DNA from: an uncultured cyanobacterium
Lineage (GTDB): Bacteria; Cyanobacteriota; Cyanobacteriia; Cyanobacteriales; Nostocaceae
Assembly: GCA_963740315.1 (NCBI GenBank)
Contig: CAVUDP010000002.1
Location: 1,408,001-1,472,000, forward strand
Length of the DNA: 64,000 bases
Direction: 5' to 3'
Below the pieces are notes generated by a model, which saw nothing but the letters and a program-made list of their open reading frames with translations, was not told the DNA's origin and did no database searches. The translations under genes were made by a program, and so were the position numbers. Positions 51,377 to 62,035 of this stretch are shown in pieces (the first letter of the stretch is position 1; each line of letters begins with the position of its first letter).

Positions 51377-52636
51377 TCAACCCCGTCTCAAAAACCTCAC
51401 CGTAGCATCTTCCCGCTCAACATCTCTTGCAGTGTAATTCACTCTATCAACCCGTCTCCCTTTACCTTGATTATCGTACAAACTAATTACCCCACCACTA
51501 TTAGATAACATCACCGGATTTAAAGGCTGTATCCTCACCGCTTCCCCTGGTTTTAATATCCTTTCTTGCTCTTTCAAAATCGAATTTAGCTGCAACGATT
51601 CATGCTTTGTATCCGATAATCTCCAACCTTCTAAATTAACTGGCTTTGAGGAAAGATTGATTACAGAAACCCATTCCGATGCTCTTTCATCACCCGAAGG
51701 ATTTACCATCGCAGCAGCAATAAAAATGGCAGCATTATCTACAGCAACTGAATCCCTAAGTTCACCTTTAGCAATCATTTCAACAGGTGCATCAACTTCA
51801 ATCCGTTCGGGAAACTGTGCGATATGAAGTTCTTCTCGCTTTTCGGGATTTTCGTTAAATAATAAAGGATTTTTCTCGTAAATCTCATCATCAAATTCCA
51901 AACCTGTTAATCTTTCAATTTCAGTAATTGTTACCTGATAAGTTTGGAAATTAAACAATTTATTACCTTCTTTGTCCCTTAAAGCTTCCTCATCTTGAAA
52001 CATCAAGAAAGCACGGACATCAAGTTCATTATTATCTTTATTTACGAAGCAAACAACTTTGAAAAAAGCTGAAGGAATTAACGCCGATTCTCTTCCTGGT
52101 GGGGTAATACTACGAGGAAAATCGCCGTAAACTGGTCCGGTGAAAACGGTTATTTTACCATTACTATCTAAATTGAGGTCAAACACCCAATTTTCTAAAG
52201 CCAACCATTCATCTTGATTAAAATTTTCGTGCTGTAACGCTGCATTGGAATAATAGAAAGTATCATCAGAAGCTCGTTTTGCTTCCCTTTCTGTTTTTCC
52301 CCAAGCCAAACTACCTCGTCTCGCTAAATGTCCTCGATCCCAAGGATTATTGCGATAGTAGTCATTATCAAGTTGAAAATCGGCACCGATACGAGTATCA
52401 ATATCCCAACCCCGTTTCCTTTGTACATTTTTGATCAGATTCTGGTCAATATTTGCACAAGTGACAATAGTCGATCGCCTAACCCGATTGGTAATGATGG
52501 AGTAATTAATATAGCTAGCAAAAATATCATCTTCTAATAGGGAACTGCGAAGAACATCCCCGGCTATTGATGGAGCAAAGCTGGGTACGGGAAGGTTTAT
52601 CCCATTCCCTAGAAAGTCGGGATTGTAGCCTGCCAT
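51377..52636 (-). CDS. DNA/RNA non-specific (His-Me finger, NucA-like) endonuclease + lamin-tail-like domain
   Basis: WDRGHL, TFYYSNAALQH..FNQ..WLALE, VFTGPV, IPSAFFKV; C-terminal MVNPSG..EWV.VIN...VNLEGW.L...LSNSGG.ISL. Confidence 0.9.
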   Translation of the reverse strand: MAGYNPDFLGNGINLPVPSFAPSIAGDVLRSSLLEDDIFASYINYSIITNRVRRSTIVTCANIDQNLIKNVQRKRGWDIDTRIGADFQLDNDYYRNNPWDRGHLARRGSLAWGKTEREAKRASDDTFYYSNAALQHENFNQDEWLALENWVFDLNLDSNGKITVFTGPVYGDFPRSITPPGRESALIPSAFFKVVCFVNKDNNELDVRAFLMFQDEEALRDKEGNKLFNFQTYQVTITEIERLTGLEFDDEIYEKNPLLFNENPEKREELHIAQFPERIEVDAPVEMIAKGELRDSVAVDNAAIFIAAAMVNPSGDERASEWVSVINLSSKPVNLEGWRLSDTKHESLQLNSILKEQERILKPGEAVRIQPLNPVMLSNSGGVISLYDNQGKGRRVDRVNYTARDVEREDATVRFLRRG

Positions 52637-53066
52637 AATATTGCCCTCGTAAATTTCACTCAACAGTATGAGGTATAGTTATTAACTTTTCAACTCAAAA
52701 AGGCTTTTAGCTAAACAAATAAATTGATGAATATCTAATAAAAAAACCTATAACTTGCGTGCAAACGGACTTTTTTACCTAGAAATATATTTGTTATGAA
52801 GTATAAATAATCGCGGTACAATCAATAATATTAAGGGATTACTCTGAAAACAACAGAGATTAAATTTAGTAAATACTGTTATATCTCCTTAGCTTTTACG
52901 ATCGACAACAGCTATAAACCTAAAAAGAAAATTTTTTTTGAGTATTAATCTATAAATGATACTGGTAATAAATTTTAAAATTACGGACAATCAACTACTG
53001 ACAAATACCCAAGGAGGGGAAGTACACTAGTAAGATTCATGTTCGCGGTTAGTATAAAATAACTCT

Positions 53067-54014
53067 ATGTCTTTTCAAATAGAACGCGGTCTATTTAAGT
53101 ATGATTTGATAGATTATCACGCAGTTTTATGCGTTCGAGTTGATGCGGATGCTTCAGAAATTCGCAAACGTTACCTGCAAATTGCGCGTCGTTTGCATCC
53201 TGATAGCTGTGCTGCGGCTAGCGATGAGGAAAAACAACTTGCTAATCAATTGTTATCAAAGTTGGTAAATCCAGCTTACGAACAACTTTATCAAGATCGG
53301 AATCGTGCGGAACATAATCTTGTTTTAAGCCAAATGGGGAAGCGCTTCGCTCAGGATTCTGCTTCTGTGGAACTGACTACCGATAATGCCAGACAGCTTG
53401 CAAGTACGGCTAATTATGAAAGCGCTTATAGAAATGCGATATCCCAAATAGCCAAAATTCAATATAAGTCTTTAGCGCAGGTAAAAGATGCGATCGCTCA
53501 AATCAGTGAATTGAATTTAGTTTATTTGATGCGGAGTGCGGGCAAATCTTTGAATACAGCATCGTCAAAACCCCATTTTACATCTAACTCCAATACTGCT
53601 GGGGGAAATACCGCACCATCACCGACAGCGCCACCTAAAGAAGATACTGTTTTGACTCAGTATATGCGTCGCGCCCAAGAGTTGATTACCAAGAATCAAT
53701 TGTCACAAGCTCGGATTGAATTACAAGATGCTTTGAAGATGAAGCCTTCAAATAATCAGTGCCATAGCTTGATTGGAGTGGTCTATTTGAAGCAAAATCA
53801 AATTAAAATGGCAAAAATCCACTTTGACCGTGCTTTGCAATTAGATCCTAAAGACCAAACTGCATTGGAAGGGAAAACTAAAATTGACAAGATTTTAGGA
53901 AATAAAACTGCATCTAGCACCAACAAAAAGAGTACAGTAAGTGCTGCTGCGGCAAAATCTTCAAAATCTGAAAGCGGCGGTTTATTTGGTGGCTTGTTTG
54001 GGAAGAAAAAATAA
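53067..54014 (+). CDS. DnaJ-domain + TPR protein
   Basis: EIRKRY..IARRLHPD, VNPAYE; C-terminal TPRs; GGLFGGLFG tail. Confidence 0.9.
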   Translation: MSFQIERGLFKYDLIDYHAVLCVRVDADASEIRKRYLQIARRLHPDSCAAASDEEKQLANQLLSKLVNPAYEQLYQDRNRAEHNLVLSQMGKRFAQDSASVELTTDNARQLASTANYESAYRNAISQIAKIQYKSLAQVKDAIAQISELNLVYLMRSAGKSLNTASSKPHFTSNSNTAGGNTAPSPTAPPKEDTVLTQYMRRAQELITKNQLSQARIELQDALKMKPSNNQCHSLIGVVYLKQNQIKMAKIHFDRALQLDPKDQTALEGKTKIDKILGNKTASSTNKKSTVSAAAAKSSKSESGGLFGGLFGKKK

Positions 54015-55228
54015 TGGTGTATCAACCTCCAGCGGGAGCCAGGGATTTATTACCCTTAGATGTAGCTCAAAAGCGCTGGATTGAAGACAGATTAGAACAA
54101 GTGTTTCAGGGTTGGGGTTATCACAGAATTATCACCTCAACCTTAGAACGTATAGACACGCTGATGGCGGGGGGTGCAATTGAACGCTCAACGGTAATTC
54201 AATTACAGAATATCCAAGACGAAGAATTGGGATTGCGTCCCGAATTAACCGCTTCTATAGCTCGTACTGCCGTGACGCGCATGGCTGGCGTTAACTACCC
54301 GCAACGGCTGTATTACAACGCCAACGTCTTCGGAAGAACGCCGGAATTAAAACACAACCGCCAGCAAGAATTTTATCAAGCTGGAGTTGAGCTACTAGGA
54401 GGAGGTGGTAAGATCGCCGATGCAGAAGTTTTGCTATTAGTAGCCGCTTGTTTGCAAGCACTCCAGCTAAAAAATTGGCACTTAGTTGTTGGCGAAGCCG
54501 GAATTACCACTAGTTTATTCAAAGCCTTCCCAGCCAATTTACGGGAGGAAATCCGCAGCGCGATCGCTCATTTAGATCGAGTCTCTATAGATACCTTACC
54601 TCTAAGTGATGAAGATCGCGATCGCGCTCGAATAATGTTGGATTTACGCGGTAAAAGTGCGGATGTTTTGCAAAAAATTAGTACTTTAAATCTCGACGAA
54701 CAACAGCAAGAAGCGGTAAACAACCTTTCTTCTTTAGTTGAGTTGATAGAATCCCAAGGAAACTTTTCTCTAATCCTCGATCTGAGCTTAATTCAAACCT
54801 TTGACTACTACACCGGCATAGTATTTGAAGTAGTAAGCGACATCGATAACCAAGCGCAGGTAATAGGCAGCGGCGGACGTTACGACAAGCTTTTAGGGCT
54901 ATATCATCCCCAAGGTGAAAACATCCCCGGTACGGGCTTCGCGTTATTTATTGAAGATTTATACCACATTTTATTAACAAGAGGGCAATTACCGCAAACA
55001 ACCCCAGCCAGCAACTGGTTAGTAGTACCAGAAAATGCCAGCGCCAGCAATGCAGCTTTCGCTTACGCCGAAAAACTGCGTTCCTCAACTCATTTAGTCA
55101 GAGTCGAAATGGAACTAGGGGGAAGAGAAGCTCAAACCATTCAACAATACGCACGCGATCGAGGAATCGCTCAAATCGCTTGGGTAAAAGCCGACGGTTC
55201 AAAAAAAATTGAATCAGTAAACAGTTAG
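54014..55228 (+). CDS. hisZ: ATP phosphoribosyltransferase regulatory subunit
   Basis: PAGARDLLP, LRPELTASIAR, EFYQAGVEL, YYTGIVF and GGRYD motifs. Confidence 0.96.
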   Translation: MVYQPPAGARDLLPLDVAQKRWIEDRLEQVFQGWGYHRIITSTLERIDTLMAGGAIERSTVIQLQNIQDEELGLRPELTASIARTAVTRMAGVNYPQRLYYNANVFGRTPELKHNRQQEFYQAGVELLGGGGKIADAEVLLLVAACLQALQLKNWHLVVGEAGITTSLFKAFPANLREEIRSAIAHLDRVSIDTLPLSDEDRDRARIMLDLRGKSADVLQKISTLNLDEQQQEAVNNLSSLVELIESQGNFSLILDLSLIQTFDYYTGIVFEVVSDIDNQAQVIGSGGRYDKLLGLYHPQGENIPGTGFALFIEDLYHILLTRGQLPQTTPASNWLVVPENASASNAAFAYAEKLRSSTHLVRVEMELGGREAQTIQQYARDRGIAQIAWVKADGSKKIESVNS

Positions 55229-55363
55229 CAGTGAGCAGTTAGCAGTTGAAGATTTACAATTTACAAGACAAATGAAAAATCAGATGATTTATAACAAATC
55301 ATCAAACTGTGGTTACTGATTACTGTTAACTGCTAACTGTTCACTGATGCATAGAGGGGAAAC

Positions 55364-55591
55364 ATGGCACACACTATTGTTACTGATGTTTGTGAAGGCG
55401 TTGCAGATTGCGTTGATGCTTGTCCCGTAGCTTGCATTCATCCAGGACCTGGAAAAAACGTTAAAGGAACCGATTGGTTTTGGATTGACTTTGCTACCTG
55501 TATTGATTGCGGTATTTGTATCCAAGTTTGTCCCGTAGAAGGAGCGATCGTTCCAGAAGAACAGCCCGAATTACAGAAAACACCGCAATAG
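55364..55591 (+). CDS. Bacterial-type 4Fe-4S dicluster ferredoxin
   Basis: [12 protein letters not shown] and [12 protein letters not shown]. Confidence 0.93.
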   Translation: MAHTIVTDVCEGVADCVDACPVACIHPGPGKNVKGTDWFWIDFATCIDCGICIQVCPVEGAIVPEEQPELQKTPQ

Positions 55592-55834
55592 GGGGATGGG
55601 GAGAGAGGGGGTAGAGGGGGATGGGGAGATGGGGAGAGGGGGTTCGGGGGTTCGGGGGAGATAAGGGGAAAGGTAGTGCGAGCATCTTGCTCGCTATATA
55701 TGTATAACCAGCGAGCTATTAACCAATACCCAATCCCCAATCCCCAATCCCCAATCCCCAATCCCCAATACCCAATCCCCAATGCCCAATGCCCCATTCC
55801 CATTCCCAATCCAAAATCTAAAATCTAAAATCAG

Positions 55835-55869
55835 AAATCCCCTCCGGAAAAATAATTCGGAGGGGATTT
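55835..55869. terminator. Hairpin between convergent ferredoxin and ycf66 genes
   Basis: AAATCCCCTCCG...CGGAGGGGATTT. Confidence 0.65.
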
Positions 55870-55920
55870 ACTTTTACTTATATATTGATTCGACAACAAT
55901 AAGTAATTTTCTTTATTTAC

Positions 55921-56652
55921 TCATCCTTGAGGTAGATCGGTGGGTGGAATTTTTTCCGGTGGAGCTTCTGCCGGGGGAGCAAGTTCGGCTTCGGGAGCAA
56001 TTTCTTCTACTGGGGGTATAGTTTTTTCTTCTGCATCAGCATTTTTGTCCGCTGCTTCTACAAGTTCTTGGGATGGAGGCTCTGGTGGCGTAGCGTCTGG
56101 AACAGTTTCAGTTGTAGTGGCTGCATCAGTATTATCAACAACAATTACAGATGCATCCGATACTGGAGTGGAAATATCTTCATCAATTGCGTCAACTAAA
56201 GATTTGCCTATTGTTGCAGCAGTTGTTTCCTCAGTTGTGGAAGTCGCGGTTGGGGGTTGAGTAGCAGTTGGAGTTTGAGAAACCTGCTCTTTTTTCCCAG
56301 GTAAGATATTCGTTACAGTTTTAAACAATCCTCCCACACGTTCTTGCAGCGAATTGCTTTTCACCGCTTGGGCACTGGGTACCGGGGTTTGTTGCATTGC
56401 AGGAGTGATTTGGCGACGTAACGAAAACATTTGCCAACCGAACCAAAATAATAAAGCAACCGCAGCCAATTGACCTAAGAAAAACCATCCACCGATGCGC
56501 GGCGTAAACACCCATAGTACAAGGGCATAAAACAAACCTACACCGCTCCAGATAAAATCATTCTTGCGGTGAACTTCAGGAAAAAAGAAAGCCGCCAAAT
56601 AGATTGCTAAACTGCCAAAACCGACTATCAACGCCAAGATATGTGTCAGCAT
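55921..56652 (-). CDS. ycf66: Ycf66 family protein
   Basis: FFPEVHRKNDFIWSGVGLFYALVLW...GQ...LRR; acidic Pro-rich tail. Confidence 0.85.
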   Translation of the reverse strand: MLTHILALIVGFGSLAIYLAAFFFPEVHRKNDFIWSGVGLFYALVLWVFTPRIGGWFFLGQLAAVALLFWFGWQMFSLRRQITPAMQQTPVPSAQAVKSNSLQERVGGLFKTVTNILPGKKEQVSQTPTATQPPTATSTTEETTAATIGKSLVDAIDEDISTPVSDASVIVVDNTDAATTTETVPDATPPEPPSQELVEAADKNADAEEKTIPPVEEIAPEAELAPPAEAPPEKIPPTDLPQG

Positions 56653-57163
56653 TTATGCTTCTCCTATAAGTCTTATGACAACAGGTTAAAGGTCTGCATG
56701 TCAAAGGTCAAAGGTAAATATTTAAAAGTTAGGAGTTAGGACCACCGGAGTTAGGAGTTAGAAGTAGCGATCGCCGGAAAGCTCGCTATTTAATTACCCC
56801 CCTCTACCCCCTCTACCCCCTCTGCCTCCTCTGCTCTCTTCTTCCCCTCTACCCCCTCTCCCCCTCTCCCTCTCTCCCCATCTCCCCATCCCCCCATCTC
56901 CCCATCCCCCCATCTCCCCATCTCCCCCCTCTACCAATTCCCCAATGCCCAATGCCCAATAATTTATAGTAAATATTACAATTTAGCGAATTTTACAGTT
57001 AAATTGTTGATTGATATACAAATTAAAAATAGTTATGTGTATCTATAATGCATTTTTACTCTTTGAATAAAGTCTTAATGTCTTCTTTAGAAGTGAACCG
57101 AAAATCTCGGACTACCCTAAGAGATAAAAGAAAGAATTTGGAAGAGTTAGCCACAAAAAATTT

Positions 57164-58621
57164 ATGACACTACAAAGCTTTGGTGTGATTGGATTAGCTG
57201 TTATGGGAGAAAATATCGCTCTGAACGTAGAGCGTAACGGCTTCCCGATCGCAGTTTATAACCGCTCGCGTGAAAAAACTGATGCGTTTATGGAACAACG
57301 CGCCCAAGGTAGAAATGTAAAAGCAGGGTATACCTTAGAAGAGTTTGTGGGTTTGTTGGAACGTCCCCGCAAAATTTTGGTGATGGTGAAAGCTGGTGGA
57401 CCAGTTGATAAGGTAATTGAGCAACTCACACCTTTGCTGGATGAAGGCGACATCATTATCGACGGCGGTAACTCACTTTATGAAGACACCGAACGACGCA
57501 CCCGCGAATTAGAACCCAAAGGTTTTCGCTTCATCGGCATGGGTGTAAGCGGTGGTGAAGAAGGAGCGCTTAACGGTCCTTCCTTGATGCCTGGAGGTAC
57601 CGAAAGCTCTTATGAGTATCTATCGCCTATCTTCACCAAAATCGCGGCTCAAGTAGACGATGGTCCTTGTGTTGCCTATTGCGGACCTGGCGGTGCCGGA
57701 CATTATGTGAAAATGGTTCACAACGGTATTGAGTACGGCGATATGCAGTTAATTGCAGAAGCCTACGATTTATTGAAAAATGTAGCTGGTTTAGACCACA
57801 ATCAACTACATGAAGTATTCACTGAGTGGAATACCACTGAGGAATTAGATTCATTCTTGATTGAAATTACTTCCAAGATTTTCCCTTATATTGACGAAGA
57901 AACTGGTATACCTCTAGTAGATTTAATCGTTGATGCAGCCGGACAAAAAGGAACCGGACGCTGGACGGCAGTAGATGCACTTAATTTGGGCGTGCCAATT
58001 CCTACTATTGGTGCAGCAGTAAATGCTCGAATTATGTCATCCTACAAAGAGGAAAGAGTAGCAGCATCCAAGGAAATTTCCGGCCCAAGCGGTAAGTACG
58101 AAGGCGACACCAAGAAGTTTATCAACATGGTGCGCGATGCTCTCTACTGTTCCAAAATCTGCTCCTACGCCCAAGGAATGGCTTTGTTATACAAAGCTTC
58201 CAATGAGTTTAACTACAACTTGGATCTTGGTGAAATGGCGCGAATTTGGAAAGGTGGTTGTATCATTCGTGCTAGATTCTTGAACAAAATCAAGAAAGCA
58301 TTTGACCAAAATCCTTCACTGCCCAACTTGCTATTAGCCCCCGAATTCAAGCAGACAATTCTGGATCGACAAGACGCTTGGCGTGAAGTAATTATTACCG
58401 CAGCTAAATTAGGAATAGCCGTTCCTGCATTCAGCGCATCCTTAGATTACTTCGACAGCTACCGACGCGAACGTTTGCCTCAAAACCTCACCCAGGCACA
58501 ACGCGACTACTTCGGCGCACATACTTACTTGCGTACCGATAAAGAAGGAAGCTTCCACACTGCGTGGACACCAATTGACGAAGCAACCGTCGCAACTGAA
58601 TCAGTAGTAAAAATGGACTAA
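57164..58621 (+). CDS. gnd: 6-phosphogluconate dehydrogenase (decarboxylating)
   Basis: GLAVMG, IDGGN, KMVHNGIEY, QKGTGRW and AQRDYFGAHTY motifs. Confidence 0.98.
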   Translation: MTLQSFGVIGLAVMGENIALNVERNGFPIAVYNRSREKTDAFMEQRAQGRNVKAGYTLEEFVGLLERPRKILVMVKAGGPVDKVIEQLTPLLDEGDIIIDGGNSLYEDTERRTRELEPKGFRFIGMGVSGGEEGALNGPSLMPGGTESSYEYLSPIFTKIAAQVDDGPCVAYCGPGGAGHYVKMVHNGIEYGDMQLIAEAYDLLKNVAGLDHNQLHEVFTEWNTTEELDSFLIEITSKIFPYIDEETGIPLVDLIVDAAGQKGTGRWTAVDALNLGVPIPTIGAAVNARIMSSYKEERVAASKEISGPSGKYEGDTKKFINMVRDALYCSKICSYAQGMALLYKASNEFNYNLDLGEMARIWKGGCIIRARFLNKIKKAFDQNPSLPNLLLAPEFKQTILDRQDAWREVIITAAKLGIAVPAFSASLDYFDSYRRERLPQNLTQAQRDYFGAHTYLRTDKEGSFHTAWTPIDEATVATESVVKMD

Positions 58622-58653
58622 TTATTAATTAGTACCCATTCACTTGTGATATC

Positions 58654-58690
58654 AGAAACCCGGTTTCTTAAAGAAACCGGGTTTCTTTTT
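58654..58690 (+). terminator. Palindromic hairpin/terminator after gnd
   Basis: AGAAACCCGGTTTCTT-A-AAGAAACCGGGTTTCT followed by a T-run. Confidence 0.75.
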
Positions 58691-58938
58691 ATTCGTTATT
58701 GGGCATCGGGCATCAAAGAAAATATGATATTTAAATTGAAATTTTGTTCTTCATGTTTCCATGTATTATAAAAATTCGCTGTAAATATAAACTATTTCAA
58801 AGGCAGGTTTATATGCGACAGGACTTACGATATTGTCATAAATGGTTGATGGTGCGTGACGCTACAACAGTTATTACTACGTTCAATTTTTTCATAGCGT
58901 CACACACCCTACAGTAGGGATTGTGCCAGTTGAATAAG

Positions 58939-59343
58939 TCATGTGATGTAGTAGGAGTAGTTTTTATAATTTCCGCTGCTGAAGTCGATTAGCACCAATT
59001 TTCCATCCGATTCACGTCGGCAGATATTATTCGGTTTAATATCGCGGTGAATTACTTGTTGCTGATGTACAAAAGCTAAAACTTCTAAAATATCTTCCAA
59101 AAGTTGAATTACAACCGCTTCGCTTAATTGTTTGTTTGGCTGCAATTCTTGAGTTAAATCGTGCCCTTCAATAAATTATTGCACCAAAGAAAACTTTTGG
59201 TTGTCTTCAAAATGCGCTAACAATCGCGGAATTTAGTCATGATTTCCTAATTTTTCTAAAGTTTTTCCAGCACTTAAAGTGTAAGGATCTTTTGCTGCTG
59301 GTTAAAAAAGTTTGACTACGCAATGAGGATTACCCGGACGTTG
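58939..59343 (-). pseudogene. Ser/Thr protein kinase fragment with multiple stops
   Basis: QRPGNPHCVVKLF*P...LEKLGNHD*IPRLLAHFE...LVQ*FIEGHDL...IHRDIKPNNI...LVLIDF, then truncated. Confidence 0.9.
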
Positions 59344-59544
59344 TAAAATTTATTTTTACGACTATGTTTATACCTATCTGGGAATTAATTACCAGGCTTT
59401 TAGCATAAGTCGATTAAAATAGACGCAGGATGCAATAAAAAGTCATAATAATATGTATAAGTTATGTACAAGTATAGTGTGTCTGTTAATTAACTCTTTT
59501 ATTATTAACCACTAATTACTAACTAATAACAACTAATTAAAGGT

Positions 59545-60744
59545 ATGAAAATTAGCCTGTGTACAATTGTAAAAGACGAAGAATCAACGCTATCGAAGTG
59601 CCTGAGTAGCGCTAAGAAGTTTGTCAACGAAATAGTCATATTAGATACTGGCTCAACCGATAAAACAGTAAAAATTGCTCAAGGTTATGGTGCTAAAGTA
59701 CATCATTTTGAATGGTGCAATGATTTTAGCGCTGCTCGTAATGAAGCTTTAAAATATGCAACTGGCGATTGGATTTTAGTTTTAGATGCCGATGAAACTT
59801 TAGCACCAGAAATTATTCCCCAGTTGCGAGAAGCAATACAAAGAGAAGAGTACTTACTGATAAACTTGGTACGCGATGAAATTGGTGCGACACAATCGCC
59901 TTATTCAATGGTTTCGCGGCTATTTCGCAACCATCCCGATATTAAATTTTCACGCCCCTATCACGCTTTAGTTGATGATAGCGTCTCAGAAATTTTACAT
60001 AAAGAACCGCATTGGCAGATAGGTTATATACAAGGTATAGCGATTTTACATTCGGGCTATCAGCAAAGCGAAATTACTAGAAAAAATAAACTTCTTTTAG
60101 CTCAAACAGCAATGGAAGAGTTTTTTGCAACTCATCCCGACGATGCTTATGTTTGCAGTAAATTGGGAGCATTATATATAGATTTGGGAAAAATTCCTCA
60201 AAGTATTCAGTTGCTATCAAAAGGAGTTTCCGTTGCTAACGACAATTACGAGATTTTGTACGAACTTTACTATCATTTGGGCATCGCTTACAATCGGTTG
60301 AAAAATTCTCACCAGGCGATCGCACATTATCAAGCAGCAACTAAACTACCAATTTATCCGCTAATAAAGTTGGGAGCATACAACAATCTCGGCAATTTAC
60401 TCAAAGCAATTGGAGATTTAAAGGGTGCAAAAACAGCTTATGAAACAACTTTAAAAATAGATCCTGCTTTCGTTACCGGATATTACAATTTAGGGATGAT
60501 ATTCAAAGCGATGGGTTTATTTAAAGATGCTATTGCAGCTTACGTTAAAGCTATCGATTTGAATCCAGAATATGCTCAAGCTTATCAAAATTTAGGCGTT
60601 GTATTGTTGAAAGCTGGTTATGTAGAAGATAGTTTAATAGCTTTTAAAGAAGCGATTCATTTATATGTAACGCAGAATAATCACTTTGAAGCGGAGCAGT
60701 TAAGAAAAGGGTTGAAAGAGATGGGTTTGGAAGTTAAAAGTTAG
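59545..60744 (+). CDS. GT2 glycosyltransferase + TPR repeats
   Basis: ISLCTIVKDE, DTGSTD, DFSAARN, LDADE; C-terminal TPRs. Confidence 0.93.
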   Translation: MKISLCTIVKDEESTLSKCLSSAKKFVNEIVILDTGSTDKTVKIAQGYGAKVHHFEWCNDFSAARNEALKYATGDWILVLDADETLAPEIIPQLREAIQREEYLLINLVRDEIGATQSPYSMVSRLFRNHPDIKFSRPYHALVDDSVSEILHKEPHWQIGYIQGIAILHSGYQQSEITRKNKLLLAQTAMEEFFATHPDDAYVCSKLGALYIDLGKIPQSIQLLSKGVSVANDNYEILYELYYHLGIAYNRLKNSHQAIAHYQAATKLPIYPLIKLGAYNNLGNLLKAIGDLKGAKTAYETTLKIDPAFVTGYYNLGMIFKAMGLFKDAIAAYVKAIDLNPEYAQAYQNLGVVLLKAGYVEDSLIAFKEAIHLYVTQNNHFEAEQLRKGLKEMGLEVKS

Positions 60745-60829
60745 GAGTGAAGAGTTAGGAGTTATATATTTTTAAATTCACGTTATCGTAAAGCTATACG
60801 CTCGAATAAAGTCTAATTTTGGAATAATT

Positions 60830-61075
60830 ATGAAAGCAGTCAAAGTGATGGCAACGATTGACGAAGAAGGGCAACTTGCTTTAGATAAACCTTTAAATTT
60901 AAATAAAAATAGTCGTGTTGAAGTAATTGTTCTAGTTTCCGAAGAAGCAGAAGATGAGGATGATAAACCGAAAGAAGAAATATTAGAAGATTTTCGTCAA
61001 GCTTGGCATGAAGCAATGAGGGGAAAAACTATTCCTGCTTCTGTGTTATGGGAAGATAGTATTATTGAAAAATAA
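60830..61075 (+). CDS. Small antitoxin-like protein
   Basis: ATIDEEGQL.LDKPL...RVEVIVL...FRQAWHEA..G.T.P...LW. Confidence 0.7.
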   Translation: MKAVKVMATIDEEGQLALDKPLNLNKNSRVEVIVLVSEEAEDEDDKPKEEILEDFRQAWHEAMRGKTIPASVLWEDSIIEK

Positions 61076-61101
61076 TTATCATATCTACTAACAATAAAAA
61101 C

Positions 61102-61522
61102 ATGGGTAAAGTCACAACCACAATTACAGTTACTAATCAAATCGATCTAACTGTCTTCTGAAAGAGGATTTATTCCTAAAGAACAAATTCGTTCTATAAC
61201 ATTAAATGATGTATTAGTTGACAGTGGAGCAACGAGACTTTGTTTACCTAAAAGTATTATTCTTGATTTAGGATTACCTATGCAAGGGGAAGCAGATGTA
61301 AAAATAGCAATAGGAGTGCAAAAAGTTCGTATTTTTAAGATGTTAAACCTTGTTGTTGAAGGAAGAGAAGGGGTATTTAATTGTATAGAATTACCGGAAG
61401 ATTCCGATCCTTTGTTAGGATTAATACCCTTAGAAGATTTAGGATTAGAACCAGATTTAAATAATCAAAAATTGCGAGTTTTACCGCAGCAAGGGAAAGA
61501 TACTTATTTAATGGTTTTGTAA
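61102..61522 (+). pseudogene. Retropepsin-like aspartyl protease, frameshifted at about 61155
   Basis: MGKVTTTITVTNQIDL / ERGFIPKEQIRSITLNDVLVDSGATRLCLP...PLLGLIPLEDLGL. Confidence 0.85.
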
Positions 61523-61607
61523 TTTTAATTGCTGCTGATTATACCGCCAAATGAAGCAACAAAATTGTAACCAATACGAATATTGAGAAAAATAATCTGA
61601 GTTAAGA

Positions 61608-61973
61608 CTATTCAATTTCTAATAGTTCAGGTGGGTTCATCCGTGATGGATTTCCAAAATAGTAATCTAAGATTGATAATACAGCATCATCGATAGATCC
61701 AAATAAATGCTGAAAATCTCCTATAGCTGGACCTGGAATCCATTCCGAAATTTCAAATACCCATTTATTTTCTTTTGGATAAATATTTGCAACAGGTGCA
61801 TCACAAGGTATTTTATCATTACCAAATAAACATTCACAGTCCTTTCTTGTATTTCCTAAGACTGATGTAGGCTTTGCGATAGAATATCCATTTGGAAATG
61901 GACTTATTGAACCAAATGGAAGCACCAATAAACCTGTTTTCTCTAATTTTTGAATTGCTTGTATTTCTAACAT
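61608..61973 (-). CDS. Hypothetical protein
   Basis: 121 aa ORF with WIPGPAIGDF motif; no family recognised. Confidence 0.6.
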   Translation of the reverse strand: MLEIQAIQKLEKTGLLVLPFGSISPFPNGYSIAKPTSVLGNTRKDCECLFGNDKIPCDAPVANIYPKENKWVFEISEWIPGPAIGDFQHLFGSIDDAVLSILDYYFGNPSRMNPPELLEIE

Positions 61974-62035
61974 AATTCAATTTTTTATAATAGAATAGAT
62001 ACGAAAAGCTCTATTTTTTAGTTAAGAACAAAAAA

